Shown here: piece after piece, positions 1 through 14,450 of the stretch
Position numbering within the stretch: position 1 is the first letter of the stretch
How the letters are laid out: each line of letters starts with the position of its first letter
Assembly: GCF_036321535.1 (NCBI RefSeq)
Contig: NC_087436.1
Span: 31,560,001-31,624,000 of the forward strand
From: Camelus dromedarius
Taxonomy: Eukaryota
Length of the DNA stretch: 64,000 bases
Direction: 5' to 3'
Program-made: the position numbers and the translations under genes
The notes under the pieces: generated by a model
What the model saw: the letters and a program-made list of their open reading frames with translations, nothing else
What the model was told of the DNA's origin: nothing
Database searches by the model: none

Positions 1-1460
1 AAATTGGCAGCTATGTGCCTTACTGATATAAATAACCTTGAGGGGAGGCAAGTCTGCAAATTTGGCAGAGTTGAGAGCTGCCAGTTTAGCAGCCGGAGAA
101 TTAGGCTCCTGATCTCAGAGGAGCATTTGGATATTCATAGACTCTGGGTTGTAGTCAACCACAAATGGGTCCTAGATCGTTAGGCAATGGAGGAATATCC
201 TTACGTGGCACTCAATTAAGAAAACCCCTGTGGGAATTAAGAAGAATTAAAGTGGATCGTGTGGATGTTCACAAAAAAATCCAGTTCCCAGCTCAGAAAG
301 GAGACTGGAATGCTAAGGCAGATGCCTTAATCAGATTCCTGAGCTAGCTACCTGGGTTCTTGCACTCAGCAGGTATGGAGGTTTGGATACCAAAGCAACC
401 TATGTCTTACCTAGCACGGGTAAATGTTACATGACATCTGTAAAAACCTGTACCATAACACCTGGAATAAACCAAATGGGACCCAGAATTTACTGAACAA
501 TGGACTCTAGTCACCACCCTTATAAAGGGGAATGTGGTATAGGAGAAGACATTTCTATTGAGAACAGAATGATCCCATAATATTAACAAATACACGATGT
601 GTCAAATGTTACTTTAATCTCTCTTCTACAGCTATATGGTATAACAAAGAATTTGTAAATTTATTTATACAATTAAATAAAAAGGAAGATTTATGTAAAC
701 AATAATTTCCCAGGATAAGAAAATATTTAGGGAAGTTGAATTAAATCTCCCAACAGATATAACACTTATGGAAACAAATTGGCCGGAGAAGGCAATGTAT
801 TTGGCCTTAGAAAAATTATACACTCAAGTTAAATTCTTAATTCAGCACATTATTTTAAAAGTTCAAATAACTGTGGATAAACAAGGGGAAAAGAGTAACT
901 GAATTGGTAAAAGACTTATGAAGCAGTATGGTCATTGTTAAGGTATTCTGTAGAGGGAATTCTTGCTCCTTATTAAAGCTGCTGGCTGAAATTTGTTTCT
1001 CTCTGATTACCAAGGGAACATACTCCAGGAAAGAAAAAAAGACAGGTGTCCCAGTCTTAATATTTTTGTAAACATGCTGATAACTGACTTCTTTAGGCTA
1101 AGGATATGTGCTATCAGGTGAGTCCTTATCTGTGGAATTCTCTTAGCAAGATTGTCCCTGGAATCTATGGATTTATAAGGCATGGCCAAGGGAGAAATGG
1201 CATATAAGGCCTTAACTAATCTAAATATAAAATGGGAATGGGCAACCCTTCTCTTACTATGTGAGATCAGCCACAAATCTCACTAAAAGACATCATCTAT
1301 CACTGGCCAGAGAAAGTCTCTTACGCAGAAAGGAAACACCAAGATAGCCATATAGAATGAACTAGCTTTCTTTCTGACTTGCCTGAGCTTTTGGTTATTT
1401 ATATCCTTGAAATTATTAGTAAGTCTAATTTGACAGTGAAATTTTCTGTTAGCTCCAGGA
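1..1460 (+). mobile_element. Degenerate LTR-retroelement (ERV-L-like) remnant: RNase H fragment followed by unassigned internal and LTR-like sequence
   Basis: Bases ~40-345 translate, with frameshifts, to GGKSANLAELRAA...WIFIDS...VDVHKK...GDWNAKADALI, resembling retroviral RNase H motifs (SAQxAEL, TDS, H...GNxxAD). The right boundary is approximate. Confidence 0.6.
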
Positions 1461-1537
1461 TGCTAACATTTATATCTAAGATGGGAGGATATGACAATTT
1501 ATACATATTTGCTTATATTAAAAAATGGAAGCATGAA

Positions 1538-1690
1538 GGGGGACGGTATAGCTCAGTGGTAGAGTGCACACTTAGCATGCACAAGGTCCTGGATTCAGTT
1601 CCCAGCAGCTCCATTACAAAAAAAAAAAGTAAAATAAATAGATAAATCAAATTACCACCCCCAAAAAAGTTTAAAAAATAAATTATTTTT
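1538..1690 (+). mobile_element. tRNA-derived SINE (camelid-type) with 17-bp TSD
   Basis: GGTATAGCTCAGTGGTAGAG A box, GGATTCAGTTCCC B-box-like motif and A-rich tail. Perfect TSD AAAAATGGAAGCATGAA at 1521-1537 and 1691-1707. Confidence 0.92.
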
Positions 1691-1709
1691 AAAAATGGAA
1701 GCATGAATT

Positions 1710-2990
1710 ATAATTTTTTTAAATGGTTATCTATAGGGGTAGAGAGGTGATGGGTTGGAGGGAATCAGAATAGAGGCCAGAGTTCTCTGAGTATATCTTC
1801 ATTTGTAGATTTGAATTTGAGACCTCTTAATATTTTAAATTATTAAAAAAATTTTTAATTCCCCCAAAGTAAAAGGGGAATTAAACCAATGAACTTAATT
1901 GTGTATTGACTTCAGTGCATATTGACTTCAGTGCATAATACATAGACAGAAACTACTTTCAAGTGACTTTAGAGACAGGAATTGGACTGTATATTTTTGG
2001 TGGGATATATGCTAAGGTCAAAATGAATAGGAAAAATAAAAATACCCTTTAAACTCTTTCTAGTAATCATATTCTTATTGATAGTGTTAATTTATTCAGT
2101 CTAGTGTGTGCATTGTAGGAAAAAAACAAATGAGATTATGTTGAAATCACTGAAAACCAATTTGGGCCCTATTAAAACAGAAACAGATGTAAAATGTATA
2201 AAATTAAGTAGGAAGTATCAATATGAAGTCATGATGCATTTTTTAAAAAGGACTAGGAAAAAATAATCAACCCGTTAGCAATAGGCACTCTTAGTATTCA
2301 AATAGTGGTCTTTAAAAATCATTTGCTACCAAGAGAAACCAAGATTTACTGGAGAAATGGCAAGCTCTATGTCTATAGCAGGCAATGTCCAAGATGAGCC
2401 CAGAACATCTTGTTATACCAGAAAGCAAATAAGCTACTAAAGACTACAAAGGTCATATCAAAAGACTTAGGAACAAACTTAAAGAGATTCCACTGGCCAA
2501 AGACAGAACACATTGACCACCAATGAGAAAACTGCAATGAATTGATACACATACAATATTTTTAAATCCATGAGCTCAGAAAGATATTTTTAAAAATATC
2601 ACTGGTCATCTTTGGAGATTGCTGGAGAATCAAGTATTCAGAAAATAGTTAAATCAAAGGAAAAAAATCAAGCATTTATCTTGTAAAAACAGTGCTTCTT
2701 GGAATCTAAATAGTTGAACTGGGATAATTCAACAGCTAAGAAATATGGAAGTAAAGATAAAATTGGATTATCATTTATGGACTTAGGCAATGTTCATCAG
2801 TGGCTTCTAACATCACAAAATGGAGACAATCAGACATAATGCATCTCCTGATAGAAGAATCTTACAATACTGTCTATGAACTATTCTTACCAAAAATTGA
2901 ACCTGGATGTAATCAAGTATCTAGATATAATTCACAGAAAATACAGGAGACAGATGGAAGCATGGGAATACAATTATCAAAATCCAGACT
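1710..2990 (+). mobile_element. Old LINE-1 3' region (L1MC-like)
   Basis: Recalled L1MC 3'UTR-like motifs (TGGAGAAATGGC...AAGATGAGCCCAGAACATCTTGTTATACCAGAAAGC). Boundaries are approximate. Confidence 0.55.
1905..1936. repeat. 16-bp perfect tandem duplication
   Basis: ATTGACTTCAGTGCAT x2. Confidence 0.9.
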
Positions 2991-4559
2991 TCAGAGAATT
3001 GTAATTTTCATGAAATGAGTAACATATTTAGAATAGTGCCATAAATCACTGAGTATTTTCTCTTATGTTAGATTTTGTGGTTTGTCATTGTGAGGCTTAT
3101 AAAACCCAGTCATTTCATATACAAAAAGGAAAGATGTCTTTGGATGAAGAAGACCTAAAAGATGGTAGAGCAAGAAAACCACATATAAATTGAGCTAGAA
3201 ACCTGATGACACAGTAAAAATGTCAACCTCTACATCAAACTGCCAAGAAGTCTGCCATATCTCCTATTACCATTTAAGCTAGCTTGAGTTGAGCTAACTT
3301 TTACTTATAACTCAAAGCATACAGTAAAAAGGGACCACGTGCAATGAATATATGTAAAATCTGAGGCTCTGTATCTTTGCAAGTGCTATCTACCTACCTA
3401 CCTATCTCTTAAAATTTATAGAGTTGAAGAATAAAGTGGAAGACCATATTTCTTTCCTTAGTTTTTAAGCTGCATCAGAGACACATTTGAATATGAGGTT
3501 CCCCTCCAAATCTTTTTCAGTCACTAATCATTGAGAATCTTTTAGACATTAACTAGTTATGCAGAAGATAATATTGTGAAGAACCAAACTGTTTAAAGCC
3601 TGTGTTCTGTAAACACTCAAAACTGATGGATTTTGAACTTTTGTGACTAGATCTAAAATATGAACAAAACTCTTGAAACAATATATATACTTAGTGAATA
3701 TGATATACTCTTTTATTTTCAATTCTAATTAATTATTTATGGTTACAACCTACTATTTGGATTCTATAATCTACTCCCTAGTGGGTTTGCAACTTGCAAC
3801 TTGAAAAGTCACTGATATAAGTTAACCTACTTTATTGTTTTTGATAGAAGATAATCCTCTCAGAAAGGAAAACAGATACACTGTCACTGTTGCAAACAGT
3901 AAAATATTAAGAAGAGGAATGCAGATACTCACAACCTTGAGGTTTTCTGCACAAGCAGATTATAAGATCATTTAGAACAAATTACTGCTAAATTTCTCCA
4001 GTTTCTGATACATGGAGATAAGTCTATTACAGTTATTGCCAAGTTGCTCAAGTTAGTGCAAGTTACTCAAGGGTGTGAAGTTTGGTTGCCAAAGTTTTCG
4101 TATCTTCTGAAGCTTATGACAAAAATGTGTTTTGATTTTTGACAAAAGCCAAGTTAGTAAAAGCATTTAGTATAGTTGCAGCCTGGGTTTTCTTCCTCTC
4201 TGATATTATATCACACTGTGGTTCATTCCCTACTCAGGATAAATCCTAAGAGATTTCCATTCAGATTAGCCACAAGTCCACCACCAAAGTACACCAGCTG
4301 TAATGACAATTTTCAGGTGTGACATTGCACTACTGCAATAAATGATACCCTAGAAGAGCCTAGGGGGAAAATGTGTTTCTCTTAGCAAGTGGCTTATTAA
4401 TGAGCGACTTGTATACCCATCTTCTCTGTGAGTGTACTACAAAAAAGTGAAGGGCTTATGAACCTATTTTTCCTTCTATGTTATTTTTATTTATAGAATC
4501 AGGCAAGAAAGAACTCACTTCAGTAGCTCTATTTTATAGATGAAAAATCAAGACTCACA

Positions 4560-4790
4560 GAGGCTGCAGCATAGTTGACGAGTGCCCGGTCTCCAGAATC
4601 AAACTTCCTGGGTTCAAATCCACTTTTTAGCTGTATGATCTTGGGCAAGACATTTAATCTCTGAAGGCCTCAGTTTCCTTAACTTTAAAAATAAGCATTC
4701 CAAGATATACAATTCTCTCTGAGGTTGTTGTCAAAATTAAATATAAAGGTCCTGAATGATTCCTGAAAAATAATAAATATTAGAAATTTT
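4560..4790 (+). mobile_element. MIR SINE
   Basis: CTGGGTTCAAATCC...GATCTTGGGCAAG...CCTCAGTTTCCT core. Confidence 0.75.
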
Positions 4791-5639
4791 AATGAAATGA
4801 CGCACAAAATCTGGCAGTCAGGAGCAAAGCCAGGACTATTGTAGGAATACAAGACACTTGGTGCTTCTATGATATGTATCAAAGCTTACTACTTGTGGTA
4901 TTAATTATCTTTTTTTCTTCTGGATATTCTTTTCAAAGTTCATTCAAAAACATACATTTGTATTTAGCACATTTTTAACTTTTTGGAATGCTTTCATTTA
5001 TAGCTCGGTTTTCTATTTCCGCAAAGCTCTCTCTTCAAAAGATGTACTCCAGGCACTGAAGTGCCTTAGGGCATTATTAGAAACCTCGGTTTTCAGTGTA
5101 CTATTGAGCCAGAAATACTACTTAACAGATATTTGAGTTGATAAACTGCCAGAAGAAAATTAGTTTTTACTGAACTCTGCATTCTCTGTGAGTTTTTCCA
5201 CTACAAAGTAAAAAATTAACAGAAAAGCACTAAAGCTCTCTCCAATGATAGAATTATATATTACTGTAATTCCTACAGATGGTAAAGTGAAATATCATTT
5301 AACAATATTTTCTACTATTTCTCCTTTAAATTATATATTAGATTTATAAATATGAGGCATAAAATTTATCTATGGATTACACTGTGTGGAAAATAATATT
5401 TTAATTACTAGCTATTTATCACAAAGTCATAAAGAAAAATTTATACAGACACTCCACTTTTCATAGAATAGTAACTTCCATTTTCTTATATTCCTCATAC
5501 ATGTGTCATCTGGCTGTAGTGAAAATCTTTTCACTATTCCTTACATGAAAAATGATAGCTGGTGATAATAAATTGTTATAATATTCAATTTTATACATTT
5601 TTCTCTTACAAAGAAAAATTCGGAAAATAAATGATCAGA

Positions 5640-6410
5640 AAATGGGTAGTATCCACCTATTCGTTTATTTTCCTTTTTAGTGCTTCTTTACTTCCTGGCA
5701 CTGGGAGATGCTCTAGGCTTAACCTGTCTTTTCCTTGAACTAGCCCTAGAATTAGCCATTCCTCTAAGGATCCCTAGTTCCTTTATTGGAAAATGATATT
5801 TAGAATACTGAGAACACACCTCACTGAATACTGGGTGTGCTTATTGTTGCTGGGGTGTCATTGCCTCTGGGCTTTCTCTGAGGACAGAGATAAGATATAT
5901 ATTTAAGTATACTAAAAATGTATAAACACCCATCTATAATCTGTCTATCCTATCTATACCTACCTATCATCTATCCATGTCTATCAATGACTTATCTATC
6001 GATTGATCTATCTACCAAGACTAAACACGAGTTCATACTGATGTATCTAACTCTAAGCAAGTACCGCAGAGTTAATCCTAAATTTCCCCCTTGCTTATTT
6101 GTAATTTATTTCTATGATAGTAAGAAGCCCAGATCCTATTTAACTAGCATTTATTCTATTATTTTTCAACCCTAGTAAACATATAAAGTAGTTTCAGAAT
6201 TATTAACTGGTATTCCTATGAGAAATAAATTTACTATCTAGAATACTGTGTTTACATATAGTTGGGTTGTTTTTGTTTTGTTTTTTTTTTTTGTCTTTAG
6301 TCTGTTTTCAGTCAAAACATCATTTTCCTAAGTTACTTAGGAAACTCCTTTTTTCTCCTACCACTTTCAGTGAGGTTATGTCATACACTTATATTACAAA
6401 TAAAGTCATT
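5640..6410 (-). mobile_element. Old LINE-1 3' region (L1MC-like) with degenerate (CTAT)n at ~5930-6015
   Basis: The reverse complement of 5690-5800 resembles the L1MC-like segment at ~2310-2430. Confidence 0.55.
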
Positions 6411-7370
6411 ATACCAATCAAAAAAAAGAAAGAAAGAAAGTGGGTAGTGCTGAGGAATGACAATTTTTTTTAAAAATATGCCCCCATACATATCTTCAAT
6501 TAGAAGATTTGTTACACAGATATACTCATCTCAAAATGCAAATGCTCTACCTCTTGGACTTAAGTCCAGAATAGTGTAAAATACCCTAACGGTTGAGTCA
6601 ATACCTATTTAAAAGATCGGCACTTAGACAAATTAAAAATTTTGTCCGTGACGAAGACTAATGGAAAAGGTGGGGTGAGTTGAAAGGACTGGGGAGAATG
6701 GACACCTGGGACAGACAGAAGGAAGTGGGGAGACCCTCATGTTTAGGGGCCAGAAGAAGTAGCAGGAGTGGCTAGAGGAACCTTAAAAGAAATTCTATTT
6801 AAAAATCAATACAATTTAAGATGACTGTACTATGTAAATAATGTTTTGGCATAGGCACTGCTAAAACTAGAATAAATGAAAAAGACACAGGTCCTTTCCT
6901 TTTTTGTCTACTATTTATTTTATCTAGGACACTGAAAGTGGCTTGTGTGACAGGAAAAAAATTTTTTGCAGGTTGCTAAAGTCTGAGTTATGATTTTAGG
7001 GAAAATGAGAACTTTTTAATTTCCTAAATGTAGGCCCATTTTCCCAGTCACAACTAACTAGTCCTATGTCTCCGATCTATTTTCCAATGGAAATAGGAAG
7101 GTAAAAGACAAGGAAAGATGAAGAGAGAGAAGGAGAAAAAGGTGATGTCTGGATGTATTTCCACCTTCTCTCCTTCCCTCACTAAAACCAGTATCACAAC
7201 GGAAAATATTCCAGGATTGTCCCTACACATGAAATTTTGAAATATATCCTCTAAAGTTATTAAATCCAATAAACACTAGCTGAATGCTTAAATGAGCTCT
7301 GGACTATTTTTGTGGAGATAGGTCTTTCAGAATAACAAAGAGACATAAAGATGAATAATTACAATGCAGT

Positions 7371-10300
7371 GTACTTTAGTCTGGGTTTCACCAAAAGGAG
7401 AGCCTGAGAAAAGAGCTCAGTGCCATTCATTAACTTTAGAACATGATTCTAAAGAATGAGAATGGAGATTTTGGAAAAAGTAAACAGGATAAACCAATAT
7501 AATGTTGTGTTTTTGAGCTGATCACTACCATAGGCAATTGAAGGTTAGTCCTGAGGACCACTGAAGAACTATATGGAATTTACCTCAGAACTGTCTATCC
7601 AAAGAATATTCTGAAGAGAGGAATATTTACCTAATAACTCCTGTCCCCATTTGACCAAGGATGCTAATTCCCTCAAACTTGCAGGTTTGCACTTATGCCA
7701 GAATAGCTGAGCATATTGCAACAGGTGTTCCATGTAGCTGAAGTGTCAGAAAAGCATCAAGGCAGAAACCAAGATATATGTGGTACACAGAGGTAAGATG
7801 CTATCAAAGAGTGAAATAGGTAGACTTAAAAGATGGCTTGAGAAGATGTGAGGTGGGACACAAGAGCTATCCAGTACAGTCTACTCCTTGCAGCCACATG
7901 TTCCATACTGAGTCAAACAGTCTTTAAGGTAGTGGTCAGCCAGCATATAAAGCTTTAATGCAAAATATTTAGTGAAACAAGCTACAGTCTCCACTGCTGC
8001 AACTGATTTTATATGTATAAATGACATTTATCTTCTACTTTCTCCACCACAAATTCTACACTTCTTTCACATTTGGCCAAGCTCCTCAGTGGGTACAGGT
8101 TGTTTGAGTGATGAGATAATCTAGACCTTCATTCTCATTGGATTAGTGTCCTTGGCTGCTTTGCCTTGTCAGGCTGTGGTCACTACAGTTGCCTATTCAA
8201 GGTTTTCAATTGACACTGAAGCACCAAGAGATGCCCATTTTCAATGGATCCCCTAAGGAGGACATAATCCATTCTGCCTCCATTAAAGTTGTAACACTAA
8301 CTCTTCATGGTAGTCAGGATCAATAGCCCCTTCCAATATTATGCATGTACTTGCTTGATGAACTGCTAGCACAAGAAGCCATTAAGACTAAGTGGTTTTC
8401 ATAGCTTCAGGTTCTGTGGAAAACTCACTGAGTTCCATTGTGGAAGGCTTCTCACTTTACCTCCAATCCAAAAGAGCCCACAGTTGCATCATTGTGAGTG
8501 ATGTAGAGAATCGCCAATTTCCACCTTCAGGTTCTTGGATCTCAGGTTCAGTGCAAATACTACATCCTTAAAAATATCAGCCCAACCTTCCAGCTGTCCC
8601 TGAGCTTCTACTTAGTTAAGTCTTTAATAGGCCACTTCATCATTCTGTTAGGTGGCTGCTTTCAGGTTGCACAGTATATGGTAAGACCAGTAGATTCTGT
8701 GGGAATGCAACTATTTTCATATATCCTCTACCATAAAATGAGTCACTTGGTCAGAGGTGATATTATATAGGATCCCATGTCAGGAAACCAGACACCCTAT
8801 AAGCTTTTTGGATGGTGGCAGCAAATTCAAGTCTGGAACAGATGCTGATTCCAGCACAGATGAGCTGTTGTCTTTCTCAAATAGGAGCCAGGTATAATCA
8901 ACTTGCCATCAAGTGGCTGGCAAGTCTCCTCAGGGAATAGTACCATATCAAGGTCTTGGCATTAGTCTGGGTTGCTGATATTTTGAGCATTCAAGAGTAG
9001 GTCACTAGTTTCAGCACAGCAAGAAGGAACACACGCTATCGGGCCCACACATAGCCTTTATCCCAGCCAACATGGTTACTCTATTTATGGATCCATCGTA
9101 CAAGCTCAAGAGTGGCTGAGGACAGAGGCTGGCTGACATCCACTGGTTAAGTCACTGTGACCACCTATTTATTCAGGGCTTCCTCTACAATGGATCTGCT
9201 CTGGTAGGGATTAATATGAAATGTAAAAAGATCCTCATGCTTTATGCCTAAAACCATAAGTCCATCTACATGCCTCCTTCCCAAGCTTCCTTGCCTCCCA
9301 ACTTCAAATCTTGCCCCAACCAGTCAAATCATTTCCCAAGGGTCCTTAAATATGTGTACTTACAGGCATTTCTTCACAACACAAGTGAATGACAAAGTAA
9401 ATTGCTCATGTACCTGTCCTCTAGAAGGCTTTCCCTTCATCTGTCATTCAAGGACTTTCCTAATTGGGCCTGAAGAACAGCAAGAGTTCCCTTTCAGTTA
9501 GTACTAACCCATCAGGCTTGACTTTTTTCCTCCTTTGTATTTGGTTGTAGGGATCCTCCCATGAAGCCATGGACGTGAGCTGAGGGAAAGGCATCAACAC
9601 AACAAAGGTAGGTGACGTGGGATTCTGGGACACCTATTCATGCAACTTATTTGTGCCCTCTGGACCTGATCTTAAAGGTAGTGTTGGCATCAGATGATGG
9701 ATTACTGCTATGCCCTCTTGATCTCATGACTTAACAGATCTGATAATACCTATCTCATGATAGGTAGCTCTGGTCACATAGTCACTTATGTGTCCCATGG
9801 TCAGGTGCTCAGCCTTTACCAGAACCCAGGAGTATGGTAGAAACTTCTTTTCATATATTCTTAGCAACAGAAGACATGGCCTTGCTCCATAAACCTAAAG
9901 AGTCTGTATTAGACTTCTCTTGTTGGGGCTTTCCAGAGACCCTACCCCATATTCTTACTCACCATAGATACCTCTTGGCCCTGTCACGCCATTAATCTGA
10001 CAATGCTGAAGGTATCTAAGGGGTGACAGGGCCAACTGTGCCATAGCCAAAAGTGCTGCAACACCCTTTCTTGCTCTGGGGAATAACCTGGGGGCAGGAG
10101 GGTGTGGGTGATGGAACTACTGTGAGATGTTCTTGGCCAGGATTTCTTTGATCACCTGGCCTCCATGTGCCCCATTCTAACAGAGGGCCATAATGTAATT
10201 CAGGTACCTTATTATTAATGTCAGCTCAGTTATCAAATTTACTGTATTCAACAGTCCCCAAACATCTTAGTAGTCACCTCTGTTTGAACTAAAGTTATTC

Positions 10301-11995
10301 TGATTGAATGGCCACAGATCTCTCTGGGGAAGAATTAGAATATTTATTGTATATTCTTGGGGTGACACTTGGTTATTTTATCAAGAGGATTCAGCTTCTC
10401 TTTCAATTGGCTATGGATCTGAAAGTTGGATTAGACCTACAATAAGGGTGACATATCACAATGATCTATTCCGTGAGCTGTAAACAGCCTTCTTCTCACC
10501 AGCTCTGAATTATTTTTCTGGTATACATTCAAGTTGGCTGGCTACTTTTATCACCCTCAGGTATACTTTGGAATATTAGCCATATTCATGGATATCTGAT
10601 GTTAATACATTCTGATTGCCACTCCTACCTTATTGCTCACTACAGAAATTACATTCACATGACTTCTGTTAACTAGCAGCTCTGATATTCTGGGAACTTA
10701 TGATGCTCATTGAGAAATCCCAGTTCTATGGCAACACTATCTACTCAGTAGTGGGTTACACAGGCTACCTACAGTTACTGAGGTCACTACTGAGTGTCTC
10801 AAGAATGATGGTGCTACCCTCTACAGCTTCTTTATTTTATTCCCCTCCTGATGAATATAGATGGTGGGTTCTCTGGTTTCATATAATATTCTACATTTTT
10901 GGCTTCTTTTTTTTTTTAAAAGTACAGCTGATTTACAATACTGTGTTAGTTTCTGGTGTATGGCATAGGGATTCAGTTATTTATATATATGTATATATGT
11001 ATTTTTCTCTTTTTCATATTCTAACATTTTAACATCATCATCTCTTCAAGCCTTTGACCTTTCCTCAATACTCCACCAAGGCAATTTTAGCATTTCTGCT
11101 TCATGTACTAAAAGCTACCATTAAATCCAAGTTCAAGAAGTCATCTTGGCAGCATGCTAAGTTCCAGGTGTCCTTGTCAAGATGTTAAGCTCCAAGTTTA
11201 ACACCCCATGCCATCTTCTCAGAATCCACCCCCCCCCAATTATTACTTTTTGTTAATGTAGAAAGAGCAAATGGAATCATTTCAGCATCAGAATTGTTAA
11301 AAAAAAAAAAAACGCAGTTAACACCACAGTCCCTATTATTACCACTACTTCTATGTCATGTGCTATCTACCACTTACACTGATGTTTGATTTTCACCTGC
11401 ACTTCAAGCCCATCTACCATTGAAAATCTTAGTAACTATGATGTTACACCAGGGTCATCACAACCACCAATGGGGCCCCTATCATGGAATGCCCCATGGG
11501 AGATACAGTTCCTGATTCCCATCCTGAAGGGCTACTTCTGAGGGCCACTGCAGGTGACAACTGACTTAGCCTGGGTCCCCCATAAAGCACACCTTGTAAT
11601 AGCTGTTTGAAATGCTTGCATGTAGGATTTTGGTAAAGTAATTCCAAACAGGAGTAAGGAATTAGGAAGAGTAAAACAGAAAATGAGGGAAAGGCAATAT
11701 AAGTTGTGTTACTATTTGGCCACTGCTGTGAACAACCAGAGTGTCATGTTTTTAGGGGTCCTCCAAGGGGCTGTGTGGAAGGGAACTCCAAATTGTCAGA
11801 CTCACAGATGAAAGGAGTATGTATCCACCTACTTCCATCCTTCTTGGTTAAGAGTTGTCCCATAGGGTGTAAGCTCCCTCACACATCCAGGGTAGTTTAT
11901 GTATGAGATTGACTAAATGGGTTCCCCAACAGCTGAGGCAGCAGCGAAGCCACAAGACAGGATATATATAAGCTGAGGCAAGGTGCTGTCAGTTA
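7371..11995 (-). mobile_element. Ancient, degenerate ERV-L-class provirus with two diverged LTR16-like LTRs (~7371-7880 and ~11560-11995)
   Basis: Minus strand 8620-8705 gives HRIYWSYHILCNLKAA/LTE**SGLLKT, similar to ERV-L integrase HGIHWSYHVPHHPEAAGLIERWNGLLK. The flanking blocks share ordered motifs (TTAG(T/C)CTGGGT; CAATATAA(T)GTTGTGTT; TCCCTCA; GATATAT; GAGG(T/C)AAG(A/G)TGCT). Confidence 0.7.
10905..11025 (-). mobile_element. Short LINE-1 3' end nested in the ERV-L
   Basis: Poly(T) followed by AAGTACAGCTGATTTACAATACTGTGTTAGTTTCTGGTGTA. Confidence 0.75.
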
Positions 11996-12879
11996 GCCGG
12001 TTGCTGTGTCAAGAGAGCTTTCTAATGCACAATGGGAAAAGTGCTGCAATAAAGTAATGTTAAATACTATGGACACTTAAATGGGAAAAAGGAGACGGGC
12101 TCTGAGGCATGAGTAGAAATGTTGGTTTATTGTAATAACTTCACCACTTATAACCTTCCTTTTACTTTTTAAATATCAGGTTAACTGTATTCATTACCTT
12201 CTGCCCTCAAAGCCTAATATTTTAAAGAGGAGGAGGAAAAGGAAGAGAAAAACTTAAGTATTTTTTTCCTGTGGCAAAAAAATTTTTAGCGTCAAAAAAG
12301 GTACTTGAGGGCTAAAAATAAATGTTATATTTCCCTCTGGACTGGGACTTACACTTTACTGAAGCTGAGAAAAAGCATGAGAAAGCACCTGAATAAATAT
12401 ACACACTGTGTAATCTATTTAGGTGGTGAGAAAAGAGAACCTACGTGATACTGTAGTGAATAATTTACCACACAGCAGGGAAATGCACTTATGCATATAT
12501 TAAACAAAGGAATGATTATTCTTTAGTCCTAGAATTGAAAAACAAATTTCAAACAGCTATTACAAACACCCACTCTTAAAATACTAAGTTTCTATAGGGT
12601 GCATTGTTTGTATCTTACTAATGGACAAATCTTCCAAAATTCTGTGGTTGAACTGCATGTTCCTTTTAAAAGAAAATGCTTATATAGCATGTTTTTGCTT
12701 GCTTGGTATTGGGAGAAGGAAAATATTTCTTATCTAGACAAAAGTTAAGAGATGTTTTAAAAACAACCAAACAGATAAAAATAAGTTTTAAAAAGCTCAC
12801 AAACCATAATATCCAAATTCAACATTTTACATAATTTTGCTTGTATCTAGGATTATTTGTGCTTTGCTTTGCCTTCATG

Positions 12880-14450
12880 CTATAAAGTTATGGTATATAC
12901 CTGAACCTGTGATTAAGGTTCTCCACAGTCTCATTAATACTTAGTATTGTCAGTTGTTTTCAATTTTAGCCATTACACCAATTTATAATTCTGGTTATTA
13001 TTCAGTGGTATCTCATGGTTTTGATTTCCTTGGTGGTAGGTGAGGTTGAGAGCCTTTCTATATACTTATCGGCCTTTTACATATTTTCATCTGTGAAGTG
13101 TCTGTTCCAGTCTTTTGCTCTTTAAATGGCTTGTCCTTTTACTATTGATTGTAGGAGTTCTTTATATATTTTGGGGAGAGTCCTTTGTCAAATATGTCTA
13201 TTTTGAATAGTTTATCCCAATCTGTGGCTTGCCTTTCCACTTTATTTTCCTAATTCTTTTTTTATTGAGGTATAGTTTATATATAATATTACACAAGTTT
13301 CAGGTGTACAATACAGTAATCCATAATTTTTAAAGTTTATTCCATTTAGTTATTATAAAATATTGGCTGTATTCCCTGTACTGTACAATATATCCGTGTA
13401 GCTTATTTAATTTATACACAGTAGTTTGTACCTCTTAATTCCTTATCCCTTATTTTGCCCTTCCCCCTTCTCTCTCTCCACTGGTAACCACTAGTTTGTT
13501 CTCTATATCTGAGTCTGTTTCTTTTTTGTTTTAGTCACTAGTTTATTTTTTAGAGTCTACATACGTGATATCATACAGTATTTACCTTTCTCTGTCTTAT
13601 TTCACTTAGCATAATATCCTCTAAGTTCATCCATGCTGTTTCAAATGGCAACATTTCCTTCTTTATTATGGCTGAGTAGTATTCCATTGAATATATATAC
13701 CATATCTTCTTTATTCATTCATCTGTTGATGGACACTTAGGTTGCTTCCATATCTTGCTAATTGCAAATGATGCTGCTATGAACGTTAGGTTGCCAGGTA
13801 CTTTTTTAAATTAGTATTTTGGGGTTTTTTTTGGATATATACCCAGGAGTGGAATTGCTGGGCTGCTCCTTTACTTTCTTAATGGAAGATTTTGATGAAC
13901 AGAAATTTTAAATTTTGATGAAGTCCAATTTCCCATTTTTTATTTTCAGTTAGTGTTTTTTATGTCCTATTTGAAAAAAAATCTTTGTCTACACCAGATT
14001 GTGAACATTTGTTCCTAGAATTTTTTTTATTTAACCAGTCACATTTAGGTTAATTTTTTTTCATGTTTTTCCAGTTATTCCAACACAACTTGTTGAAAAG
14101 ACTATCCTTTCTCTTTTTAAATAAATTACTATCTCTGTCAAAAATCAACTGACTGCATGTAGTTTTTTTTTCTAGTTTCTCTATTCTGTTGCACTGATAT
14201 CTCTGTCTAAGTCTATGCTAACGTCATACTGTCTTCATCAGTATAATGATGAAGCTTAATAAGAAGTCTTGGAGTCAGGAAATACAAGTCCCCCAATTTT
14301 GTACTTTTTCAAAACTGTTTTGGCTGTTTCAGATCCTTTGCATTTCCATAAAAAATTTGAATCAACTTGCTTATTTCTATCAAACAAGCCTTCTAGGGTT
14401 TTTAAATGATATTGCACTGAATCTATAGATCAACTGGGGGAAATAAATTA
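12880..14450 (-). mobile_element. Old LINE-1 ORF2 fragment interrupted by a younger L1 3' end (~13255-13865)
   Basis: Typical antisense L1 text (TGATGGACACTTAGGTTGCTTCCA; CCCAGGAGTGGAATTGCTGG). Degenerate TSD CTTTATTTTCCTAAT / CTTTACTTTCTTAAT around the inner copy. Confidence 0.8.

Noticed and set aside
1538..1612. tRNA-like A/B boxes (also at 27179 and 52740-52812)
   Set aside because: A-rich tails, TSDs on two copies and no intact cloverleaf indicate SINEs, not tRNA genes.
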